DNA of 32,000 nt from Pseudomonadota bacterium (GTDB lineage: Bacteria > Pseudomonadota > Alphaproteobacteria > RF32 > CAG-239): assembly GCA_918234285.1 (NCBI GenBank), contig CAKJXZ020000010.1, positions 41,452-73,451 of the forward strand. Reading direction: 5' to 3'. Made by a program: the position numbers and the translations under genes. The notes under the pieces were generated by a model. It was not told where the DNA came from. It saw only the letters and a list, made by a program, of their open reading frames with translations, and did not search any database. Shown here one piece after another: positions 19,817-27,611 of this stretch; positions within the stretch are counted from its first letter, which is position 1, and every line of letters begins with the position of its first letter.

Positions 19817-20377
19817 ATGGTACAATCTACAGATCGTCATAACAAAAAAGAAGTGAAAGATGAGTTGGTCGAAAGACTGGTTCACGTTAACCGTGTAGCT
19901 AAAACCGTTAAAGGCGGACGCACCATGAGTTTCGCCGCGGTTGTGGTTGTGGGTGACCAAAAGGGTCGTATCGGTTTGGGTACCGGTAAGGCTGCGGAAG
20001 TTCCGGAAGCAATCACCAAGGCTACAAACGAAGCAAGAAAGAATATGATTCGTATTCCGTTGCGCGAAGGCAGAACTCTGCACCACGATATTTCCGGTCG
20101 TTTCGGCGCCGGTAAGGTGGTTTTGAGAACAGCTCCTGCCGGTACCGGTGTTATTGCCGGCGGCCCGATGCGTGCTGTTTTTGAAGTTCTGGGTGTGCAA
20201 GATGTGGTTGCCAAATCATTGGGTTCCAATAACCCGTACAATATGATTAAAGCAACTTTCGATGCTTTAAAGGGTATTAACTCACCGAGAATGGTTGCAG
20301 CTAAACGCGGCAAGAAAGTCGGTGATATTGTCAGCCGCCGTGAAGGTATGGCCAAAGACGTTAAAGAGGAGGCTTAA
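19817..20377 (+). CDS. rpsE: 30S ribosomal protein S5
   Basis: [37 protein letters not shown]-type motif; [19 protein letters not shown]. Confidence 0.97.
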   Translation: MVQSTDRHNKKEVKDELVERLVHVNRVAKTVKGGRTMSFAAVVVVGDQKGRIGLGTGKAAEVPEAITKATNEARKNMIRIPLREGRTLHHDISGRFGAGKVVLRTAPAGTGVIAGGPMRAVFEVLGVQDVVAKSLGSNNPYNMIKATFDALKGINSPRMVAAKRGKKVGDIVSRREGMAKDVKEEA

Positions 20378-20379
20378 TC

Positions 20380-20568
20380 ATGGCAACTAAAAAGAAGACA
20401 ATAAAAGTTACCAGAACTGGTAGCACAATCGGACGCCCGACTTATCAGGAAACTAACCTGAGAGGTTTGGGTTTAACCAAAACCGGTCGTACCGTTGAGT
20501 TGGAGGATACTCCTTCGGTTCGCGGAATGATTAAGAAGGTGGCCCACTTAGTCAAGGTTGAAGAATAA
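20380..20568 (+). CDS. rpmD: 50S ribosomal protein L30
   Basis: [53 protein letters not shown]. Confidence 0.97.
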   Translation: MATKKKTIKVTRTGSTIGRPTYQETNLRGLGLTKTGRTVELEDTPSVRGMIKKVAHLVKVEE

Positions 20569-20574
20569 AACTTG

Positions 20575-20698
20575 GGGAGAGTGCTAAGAGATTATCATAC
20601 TTGCAAATTTCTTCCTTGTGTACCGTTTTGTACACGGCGTCAGAAATTAACTGCGTAGCATAGTCTCTTATCCCTCTCTTAAAAGATTTATTTTAAGA
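20575..20698 (+). promoter_or_regulatory. Structured intercistronic RNA element between rpmD and rplO
   Basis: Nested pairings: GAGAG/CTCTC (20577-20581/20674-20678), TAAGAGATTAT/ATAGTCTCTTA (20585-20595/20660-20670), AATTTC/GAAATT (20606-20611/20643-20648), TTGTGTAC/GTACACGG (20616-20623/20630-20637). A competing hairpin TCTTAAAA/TTTTAAGA (20677-20684/20691-20698) shares bases with the outer stem. Confidence 0.6.
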
Positions 20699-20729
20699 CT
20701 TGCAGAGAATTTGAAAAAAGGTGAAAGAA

Positions 20730-21182
20730 ATGAAACTTAACGAATTAAAAGACAACGAAGGCGCTACCAAAAATCGTAAACGCGTAGGTCGCGGTATCGG
20801 TTGCGGCAAGGGCAAGACTTGCGGCCTTGGTCACAAAGGTCAAAAGGCTCGTGCCGGTGGTGCTAAAATGGGATTTGAAGGCGGTCAAATGCCGCTGTAT
20901 CGTCAGTTGCCGAAGCATGGTTTTAAAAATCCGTTTGCAAAGACTTATGCCGTTGTAAACTTGGATACCATTCAAAAAGCTATTGACGGCGGCAAGTTGG
21001 ATGCCAAGTCAATCAATGTTGAATCATTGCTCAGCTCTAACGTGATTTCTAAGAAGCTGGACGGCATTCGTTTGCTCGCACGCGGTGCAGTGACCAGCAA
21101 GATTGAAATCACCGTTAATTCGGCTTCTAAAGCGGCTGTAGAGGCCGTTGAAAAAGCCGGCGGCAAAGTAAATCTCATCTAG
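20730..21182 (+). CDS. rplO: 50S ribosomal protein L15
   Basis: [60 protein letters not shown]. The ATG at 20730 follows AAAGGTG. Confidence 0.97.
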   Translation: MKLNELKDNEGATKNRKRVGRGIGCGKGKTCGLGHKGQKARAGGAKMGFEGGQMPLYRQLPKHGFKNPFAKTYAVVNLDTIQKAIDGGKLDAKSINVESLLSSNVISKKLDGIRLLARGAVTSKIEITVNSASKAAVEAVEKAGGKVNLI

Positions 21183-21205
21183 TTGGCAGCTAATACAAAA
21201 ATTAC

Positions 21206-21267
21206 GGGTCGGAAGTGTCCTCACGTACCTCTATGTACGCTCCGGTACTTCCGCCCTTATTTTTTAT
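21206..21267 (+). terminator. Terminator after rplO
   Basis: GGG-t-CGGAAGTGTC...CGTAC-ctctat-GTACG...GGTACTTCCGCCC hairpin (21206-21256) followed by TTATTTTTTATTATTT. Confidence 0.75.
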
Positions 21268-21305
21268 TATTTGCGCATACTATCTGAGATTTACATGGAG
21301 ATATT

Positions 21306-21337
21306 AAAAGGGAGGTGCGATAAACACCTCCTTTTTT
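21306..21337. terminator. Second strong hairpin/terminator at the convergent junction
   Basis: AAAAGGGAGGTG-cgataaa-CACCTCCTTTTTT, 12-bp stem with T tract on +. Confidence 0.75.
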
Positions 21338-21352
21338 AATAACATAATAAAG

Positions 21353-21377
21353 TAAAAAAACGGTCGGATATTCCGAC
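21353..21377 (-). terminator. Terminator of the 262-aa ORF
   Basis: Minus strand GTCGGA-ATA-TCCGAC-CG-TTTTTTT shortly after the stop codon at 21395. Confidence 0.8.
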
Positions 21378-21394
21378 AGTTTAAGATTTTATCG

Positions 21395-22183
21395 CTAACC
21401 GTTTTGTTTTTTATTGGCTTTTATTTGGGCTAAATTTCTGCCCGGCAACGCATCACGGCTGACCGTACGTTTTGGTGCTTTTGGTTTTTTAGGAAGCTGT
21501 TTATCTTGTTCCATATTTTCATCCGATGGTAATTCGGAAGAAAAAGTATAAGTTTCATATCCAAATTCAATTTTTTTACTGCCGTCATTATATATAGCTT
21601 GTTCATGTTTTGCTTCAGCATCTTTTGATGTAACGCTCCAAAAACCATCTTTTTCAATATTTTTAAAGTCTCTGTCGAATTCTTCATATTCAAAATTCTG
21701 GGTTGTTTGTTCGTGCGCTTTTGGTTCTTTACGCAGTAATTCTTCTATTTTTTTATGATTGTCTGTATGATTGTCTTCGTTTGTTGAGCTTAAGAGTGAA
21801 TCAATTTTTGCTTTAATAGCATTTCTTTCTGCTTGTTCTTCAGTGCTCATAACGAATTTTGTTTCCTCTTTACCCAGTCGGACGGTATTCGGCTTCTTTG
21901 AGCCTATTTCTTTATACTCAGGATTTGAATAAATCTCACTATGAGTCCACATATCGTGAGTTTTGTTCACCGAGGTCAGAACGGAATCCGGAGCACCTTC
22001 GGCGCCTTCTTTAAAAACAGAAATGCCTTGTGCACTCATATCTTTAACCACTTGCTCGGTTTTACTTTCTTTTTTCTTATTGCTGTCTTCTTCCAACCAT
22101 TTGTTGATAAAATAGGCTCCGGCGCTGCTTAATACGACTGCGGTCGCAACACCGGCGCATAGTTGTTTCAGATTTTTGGCCAT
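21395..22183 (-). CDS. Hypothetical protein with N-terminal TM segment (262 aa)
   Basis: MAKNLKQLCAGVATAVVLSSAGAYFINKWLEED..., hydrophilic, Lys/Glu-rich remainder. Has SD (AAAGGAG), promoter and terminator. Confidence 0.8.
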   Translation of the reverse strand: MAKNLKQLCAGVATAVVLSSAGAYFINKWLEEDSNKKKESKTEQVVKDMSAQGISVFKEGAEGAPDSVLTSVNKTHDMWTHSEIYSNPEYKEIGSKKPNTVRLGKEETKFVMSTEEQAERNAIKAKIDSLLSSTNEDNHTDNHKKIEELLRKEPKAHEQTTQNFEYEEFDRDFKNIEKDGFWSVTSKDAEAKHEQAIYNDGSKKIEFGYETYTFSSELPSDENMEQDKQLPKKPKAPKRTVSRDALPGRNLAQIKANKKQNG

Positions 22184-22219
22184 GGCGATTCTCCTTTGTA
22201 AAATACCTCTATTGATTAA

Positions 22220-22248
22220 AGAATAGAGGTAAAAATAAGTTTTGTCAA
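22220..22248 (-). promoter_or_regulatory. Promoter of the 262-aa ORF
   Basis: Minus strand TTGACA (22243-22248) - 17 bp - TATTCT (22220-22225). Confidence 0.65.
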
Positions 22249-22276
22249 TATATTTTTACAGAGGTAATACAAGCGG

Positions 22277-22440
22277 ATTTATACGCAATTAGCGAGCTGG
22301 CGCAGTGTAATTTCGGCGGTGTAGAATATATAAAAATACGGATAATGTGATAAATACGACGAAAGCCTTTTCTCGAGGTGTACAACAATGGTACATAAGA
22401 GAAAAGGCTTTCAGGTAGTTATCCGTTATACGGATTTTTT
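22277..22440 (+). ncRNA. Candidate small RNA of unknown family
   Basis: Possible + promoter TTGTCA (22242-22247) - 17 bp - TAATAC (22265-22270); 14-bp stem GAAAGCCTTTTCTC/GAGAAAAGGCTTTC (22361-22374/22399-22412); terminator ATCCGT-TAT-ACGGAT-TTTTT (22421-22440). Confidence 0.3.
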
Positions 22441-23449
22441 AGAATTGATCTGAGGTACGTTTAATCAAATCCTCAATATTCTCCGGCGGCCAACCCGGTG
22501 TATCCATACCTAAGTGGATACCCATCTTAGCCAACACTTCTTTGATTTCGTTCAAAGACTTACGACCGAAGTTCGGTGTACGCAACATTTCTGCTTCCGT
22601 CTTTTGAACCAAATCGCCGATGTAAACGATATTGTCATTTTTCAAGCAGTTAGCCGAACGAACAGAAAGTTCAAGCTCATCAACCTTACGCAACAGGTTC
22701 TTGTTGAACGGCAATTCCTCACGAATATCTTCAACTTCGCTTTCCGGTTCATCAAAGTTAATGAACGGCTTAAGCTGATCTTGCAGAATGCGAGCTGCCA
22801 AAGCAACCGCATCTTCCGGAGAAACAACACCATTTGTTTCAACAATCATAGTCAGCTTATCGTAGTCCATAGCTTGATTAACGCGGGTGTTTTCAACCTT
22901 ATAAGAAACTTTCTTAACCGGAGAATAAATCGCGTCAACATTAATCAGACCGATAGGCGAATCGCTGGTCATGTTGGTAGAAGCCGGAACGTAGCCCTTA
23001 CCGGTAGTAACGGTCAATTCCATATTGATTTTAGCACCGGCATCAAGCGTGCAGATAATGTGATCCGGATTCATGATTTCAACATCATGACCGGTTTCAA
23101 TCATCGCTGCAGTGACAACGCACGGACCTTCAGCCTTTAATGTCAGTGTTTTAGCCGATTCGCTGTGAACGGCAACCGCTAATTCCTTAACATTCAATAC
23201 GATATCGGTTACATCTTCCATTACGCCTGGAATAACCGAAAATTCATGTAATACGCCGTCTATTTTAATAGCGGAAACAGCGCCGCCCTGTAACGAGGAC
23301 AACAAAACCCGACGCAAAGCATTACCGAGCGTCAGACCGAAGCCTCTTTCTAAAGGTTCAACCACAATTTTAGCTTTGTTTGTGCCTTCTGTTTGAGACA
23401 CATCCAACTTTGTTGGTTTAATCAATTCTTGCCAATTCTTTTGAATCAC
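22439..23449 (-). CDS. rpoA: DNA-directed RNA polymerase alpha subunit
   Basis: [51 protein letters not shown]; alpha-CTD with [45 protein letters not shown]. Confidence 0.98.
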   Translation of the reverse strand: MIQKNWQELIKPTKLDVSQTEGTNKAKIVVEPLERGFGLTLGNALRRVLLSSLQGGAVSAIKIDGVLHEFSVIPGVMEDVTDIVLNVKELAVAVHSESAKTLTLKAEGPCVVTAAMIETGHDVEIMNPDHIICTLDAGAKINMELTVTTGKGYVPASTNMTSDSPIGLINVDAIYSPVKKVSYKVENTRVNQAMDYDKLTMIVETNGVVSPEDAVALAARILQDQLKPFINFDEPESEVEDIREELPFNKNLLRKVDELELSVRSANCLKNDNIVYIGDLVQKTEAEMLRTPNFGRKSLNEIKEVLAKMGIHLGMDTPGWPPENIEDLIKRTSDQF

Positions 23450-23537
23450 GGGTTTAATCCTTTTCTTTAGAAGTTATATATGCATATATTTTAAGCACGA
23501 CGACAGGCCTGATTCGGCCTGTGTCGTAAAATAAAAA

Positions 23538-23927
23538 CTAGACGCGGCGTCTTTTTCTCAAACGGCAACCGTTGTGCGGAATAGGCGTTACATCGCGAAT
23601 CGAAGTAATGGTAAAACCGATAACCTGCAATGCTCTGATTGCGGATTCTCTGCCCGAACCCGGACCTTTTACTTCAACTTCCAATGTTTTCATGCCGTTT
23701 TCCTGAGCCTTTTTACCGGCTTCTTCGGCAGCTACCTGAGCAGCGTACGGAGTAGACTTTCTCGAACCTTTAAAACCCTGAGCGCCGGCTGTTGACCAAG
23801 AAACGGTATTGCCTTGAGCATCAGCGATGGTAACTCTTGTATTGTTAAAAGAAGAATCGATGTGAGCCACACCCGAAGTAATATTCTTTTTTTCTTTCTT
23901 TTTTCTTTGAATTGTTGCTTTAGCCAT
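23538..23927 (-). CDS. rpsK: 30S ribosomal protein S11
   Basis: [59 protein letters not shown]. Confidence 0.97.
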   Translation of the reverse strand: MAKATIQRKKKEKKNITSGVAHIDSSFNNTRVTIADAQGNTVSWSTAGAQGFKGSRKSTPYAAQVAAEEAGKKAQENGMKTLEVEVKGPGSGRESAIRALQVIGFTITSIRDVTPIPHNGCRLRKRRRV

Positions 23928-23941
23928 TTGCACTCACCCCA

Positions 23942-24310
23942 CTATTTCTTCTTGTTCGCAATGGTTTTACGTTTACCTTTACGGGTACGAGCATTTTGTT
24001 TGGTGCTCTGACCGCGTACCGGCAGACCTTTACGATGTCTTAAACCACGATAGCAACCCAAATCCATCAATCTCTTGATGTTGGTACCGACTTCACGGCG
24101 AAGTTCACCTTCAACCAGATAATCGCTATCGATAACTTCACGAATCTTCATTACTTCATCATCGGATAAATCGTTAACGCGACGGTTAAGATCGATTCCG
24201 GACTTAGAGCAAATGTCTTGAGCAGACTTGCGTCCAATGCCGAAGATATAAGTCAGTGCGACTTCAATTCTCTTGGCACTTGGAATATTTACACCAGCTA
24301 TACGAGCCAA
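23942..24310 (-). CDS. rpsM: 30S ribosomal protein S13 (predicted TTG start)
   Basis: [54 protein letters not shown]. First codon is TTG (24308-24310) with GGAG upstream; no in-frame ATG found at the expected N-terminus. Confidence 0.96.
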   Translation of the reverse strand: MARIAGVNIPSAKRIEVALTYIFGIGRKSAQDICSKSGIDLNRRVNDLSDDEVMKIREVIDSDYLVEGELRREVGTNIKRLMDLGCYRGLRHRKGLPVRGQSTKQNARTRKGKRKTIANKKK

Positions 24311-24379
24311 ATTTAATCTCCATTATTTAATAAATTAAAACATTCAAAAAGTTGATCACCACTTTTCAAAATTAAGCGG

Positions 24380-24408
24380 ATTATAGGCACGATATTTATC
24401 AGAGTCAA
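24380..24408 (-). promoter_or_regulatory. Consensus-like promoter upstream of rpsM-rpsK-rpoA
   Basis: Minus strand TTGACT (24403-24408) - 17 bp - TATAAT (24380-24385). Confidence 0.7.
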
Positions 24409-24493
24409 CACCTTTTTGTAAAAAAATTGAATTTTTTTTGCGATTTTAACGATTTTTTAAAAAACACCGCGAAAAACGCCGGTTTTAGGGCAA

Positions 24494-25174
24494 TTACCTA
24501 TCGTCTTCCAAACCGAGTACGTCGCTTATTTTGCGGCTGACTGCATCGATAGTGCCGGTACCGTCTACTGTTTTGAGCAAACCACGCTTTTCAAAAAAAG
24601 GAATAGTCGGGTAAGTAAGCAAACGATAGTTAATTAGGCGATTCTGCACGGTTGTACGGTTATCATCTTTACGGCGAGCGAATTCCGTGCCGCCGCAAAC
24701 GTCGCAAACTCCGTAAATTTGCGGTTTTTGAAACTTATCGTGATAGCCGGCGCCGCATTTCATGCAGGCATAACGCCCTAAAATACGTTCCATGATGATT
24801 TCATCCGGTACTTGAATTTCTAAAACCGCCGACAGCTTAATATTCTGTTCGGCCACCAAATCTTCCAAAACCTCGGCTTGCGGCAGAGTACGCGGAAAAC
24901 CGTCCAAAATAAAGCCGTGTGCGCAGTCCGGCTCGGATATGCGGCTTTTTACCATTTCGATAATCATTTCGTCATTAGCAAATTCACCGCGCTCAAGTGT
25001 TGCTTTCAGTTCACGTCCGAGCGGCGTATCTTTTTCGGCAAACTGGCGCAGCATTTCGCCGGTAGATAAGTGCGCAATATGAGTCTTTTCTTTTAAAATA
25101 CGAGCCTGTGTACCTTTGCCGCAACCGGGAGCACCGGTAAATACAACAAACAGACCTTCTTTGGCGTGCGTCAT
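24494..25174 (-). CDS. adk: Adenylate kinase
   Basis: GAPGCGKGTQARIL, GFILDGFPRTLPQAE, GRYACMKCGAGYHDKF...CDVCGG zinc-binding LID domain. Confidence 0.96.
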   Translation of the reverse strand: MTHAKEGLFVVFTGAPGCGKGTQARILKEKTHIAHLSTGEMLRQFAEKDTPLGRELKATLERGEFANDEMIIEMVKSRISEPDCAHGFILDGFPRTLPQAEVLEDLVAEQNIKLSAVLEIQVPDEIIMERILGRYACMKCGAGYHDKFQKPQIYGVCDVCGGTEFARRKDDNRTTVQNRLINYRLLTYPTIPFFEKRGLLKTVDGTGTIDAVSRKISDVLGLEDDR

Positions 25175-25177
25175 CGT

Positions 25178-26527
25178 TTAACGGTTCTTCTTACTGATTA
25201 ATGCCGCCTTTTTGAGCAAACCTTCGTATTGGTAGGCAATTAAGTGCGATTGAACCTGATTTACGAAATCCATGGTAACCTGGACCACGATAAGCAGGGT
25301 AGTGCCGCCCAAAACAAACGGAACACCGACTCGGCTGATTAAAATTTCCGGCAAAATGCAGAGGCAGACCAAATAAACGGAAGCTACCATCGTCAGACGC
25401 GTAATTACGTAGTCGAGATATTCTGCGGTATTTTTACCCGGACGAATACCTGCGATAAAGCCACCGTGTTTCTTCAGGTTTTCAGCGGTTTCTTCCGGAT
25501 TAAATACCACGCCGGTGTAGAAAAACGTAAAGAACAGGATTAAGAAGGCATATAAAGCCAAATACAACGGCTGACCATGACCGAGTAACTGGCTCAAAGT
25601 TTGTACCCAACCCGGACCTTGTTCGGCCGAAAGATTGGCTATCGTAATCGGCAACAACAGCAAAGAGCTGGCAAAAATCGGCGGAATAACACCGGTCGGG
25701 TTAATTTTCAGCGGCAAGTGCGAACTGTCGGCTGCAGTTATGCGCATCCCCATTTGGCGCTTCGGATATTGAATCACGATACGACGTTGTGCGCGCTCAA
25801 CAAACACGATGACATAGATAAGAGCTAAAGCCATAATCAGCAGCATAATGATGGTGCCGAAAGACATTTGACCGGCACGACCTAATTCAAAAGTCTGCGC
25901 TAAAGCGTTCGGAATGTTGGCAATAATACCTACCGTAATGATAAGTGACGAACCGTTGCCGACGCCGCGCTGGGTGATTTGATCACCGAGCCAAACGATA
26001 AACATGGTGCCGCCAACCAAAGATACGATGGTCGAAAACTTAAATGCAAAGCTAGGAATCAATACAGCGGAAGCACCGTTGGCACCGGAAATGCTCAGCA
26101 AACCGACGGCAATACCGTAACCTTGAATAATCGTAATCAAAACCGTCAGCATCTTGGTGTAGTGTACGATTTTGCGGTGTCCGGCTTCACCTTCTTTTTT
26201 GAGAGCTTGCAAAGACGGAATAACCGACTGTCCGAGCTGAATGATAATGGATGCGGAAATGTAAGGCATAATGTTGAGGGCAAAAATCGTCATACGCTCC
26301 AACGCACCGCCGGAAAACATATTGAACATACCTAAAATACCACCCGAGTTACGGCTGAACATTTCAGCCAAAACGCCGGCATTAATACCCGGAAGCGGGA
26401 TAAACGTTCCCAAACGGAACACGATTAATGCCATAACGGTAAACCATAATCTTTTCTTAAGTTCTTCAGCCTTACCAAAGGCAGACATATCTAAGCCTGC
26501 TGCCATTTTTTCTGCTAACGAAGCCAT
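25178..26527 (-). CDS. secY: Preprotein translocase subunit SecY
   Basis: VFRLGTFIPLPGIN, YISASIIIQLGQSVIPSLQALKKEGEAGHRKI, GNGSSLIITVGIIANIPNA. The ATG at 26527 (MASLAEKM) with AAAGGAT is preferred to the track start at 26557. Confidence 0.97.
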   Translation of the reverse strand: MASLAEKMAAGLDMSAFGKAEELKKRLWFTVMALIVFRLGTFIPLPGINAGVLAEMFSRNSGGILGMFNMFSGGALERMTIFALNIMPYISASIIIQLGQSVIPSLQALKKEGEAGHRKIVHYTKMLTVLITIIQGYGIAVGLLSISGANGASAVLIPSFAFKFSTIVSLVGGTMFIVWLGDQITQRGVGNGSSLIITVGIIANIPNALAQTFELGRAGQMSFGTIIMLLIMALALIYVIVFVERAQRRIVIQYPKRQMGMRITAADSSHLPLKINPTGVIPPIFASSLLLLPITIANLSAEQGPGWVQTLSQLLGHGQPLYLALYAFLILFFTFFYTGVVFNPEETAENLKKHGGFIAGIRPGKNTAEYLDYVITRLTMVASVYLVCLCILPEILISRVGVPFVLGGTTLLIVVQVTMDFVNQVQSHLIAYQYEGLLKKAALISKKNR

Positions 26528-26756
26528 TTTATCATCCTTTAAAAAATTTAAAACCAAATAAGGGGCACTTTTTGCCCATTGCCGATAATTTAATACATAA
26601 AAATAAAATTAATGCAACAAAAATTTGTTTATCCTCAATATTTTGTTGATGACAAGCGAATCGGCATGATTAAAAGAGGATTTTTGTTATGTGTGGCAAT
26701 TATTCCCGTTCATCGGGGTTGCGTTTTTTGAACACGGTAAATTCGGCTTTAAAGTT

Positions 26757-27491
26757 TTATTTAATTTCTTGAGTATATTTCTTTTTAATTATTTTTACGA
26801 TGTCATTGACCTCAACGGACTTTGTATCGTCGGTTGTTTTTTGCTTTTGCATCTTAGCTATACGATTTTTGACCATTTCAAAAGTTTGCGGTTGCATACT
26901 CTTTTCATCGATTTTTTGGCGGCTGCGGGTTTTTTGAGTTGTTTGAACGGAAACACCGCCTTTGCTTAAAGAGGCGAGTTGTTTTTCTTTTTGGGCGTTT
27001 TCGTATTCGGTTGAAGCGCTGACGGCATAACCGATGGCGCAAGCCGCATAAGAACAAGCCAGATAAGCGGGTAGTCCGGTTGCCGCGGCGGAAACCGCCA
27101 AACCGCCGGTTAAAGCCGCAAAACCGGACGACAGTAGAATCTCAAATTTTTTCTTTTTAGGGAGTTCGCGCCATTTATCGCGGAATTTTGTTTTTCCCGA
27201 ATCGGTTAAATCTTTTAATGCGGCCAAAGATGCTTTAGGATTTCTGTTAAGTTCGGAATTGAGTTTGGCTGATGAGTGGCTGGAAAGGGCTGCCATTGAC
27301 ATACCCAAAAAGCCGATGAGAGGACCGCCGCAATATTGCGCAACTAAGGCAGACGGTGCTAGTGCCGGCGCCACGGCCGCAACCAACCCGCCGACGGTCA
27401 TACCGCCCCACAACAGGGCATTTGCTCCCCAAAAGGCAACGCTTCGTTTATCTTCGGTGGAAAATTTTTTCCAGTTATCCTTAAAACTCAA
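26757..27491 (-). CDS. Hypothetical membrane protein (244 aa)
   Basis: Two hydrophobic regions (ALLWGGMTVGGLVAAVAPALAPSALVAQYCGGPLIGFLGMSMAALS; LLSSGFAALTGGLAVSAAATGLPAYLACSYAACAIGYAVS) and a basic C-terminal tail. Confidence 0.75.
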   Translation of the reverse strand: MSFKDNWKKFSTEDKRSVAFWGANALLWGGMTVGGLVAAVAPALAPSALVAQYCGGPLIGFLGMSMAALSSHSSAKLNSELNRNPKASLAALKDLTDSGKTKFRDKWRELPKKKKFEILLSSGFAALTGGLAVSAAATGLPAYLACSYAACAIGYAVSASTEYENAQKEKQLASLSKGGVSVQTTQKTRSRQKIDEKSMQPQTFEMVKNRIAKMQKQKTTDDTKSVEVNDIVKIIKKKYTQEIK

Positions 27492-27573
27492 TACTTAGCT
27501 CCTCGTCCACATAATCATTAATCGAACGTATCCTACACCTTTTTGCGGGTTTTGTCAATCGCTTTTATTTGCA

Positions 27574-27602
27574 ATAAAAAACCCCGACCGAAGTCAGGGC
27601 TT
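27574..27602 (-). terminator. Terminator of alaS
   Basis: Minus strand AGCCCTGAC-TTCG-GTCGGGGTTTTTTATT, UUCG tetraloop hairpin. Confidence 0.85.
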
Positions 27603-27611
27603 TATTTGTTT

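Noticed and set aside
12234-20355. Numerous antisense ORFs opposite ribosomal protein genes
   Set aside because: Shadow ORFs of highly conserved genes on the other strand; no independent family motifs or initiation signals.
21430-21693. ORF 21430..21693 (-), nested in the 262-aa gene in another frame
   Set aside because: Same-strand out-of-frame ORF in a Lys/Glu-rich gene, no SD or promoter of its own.
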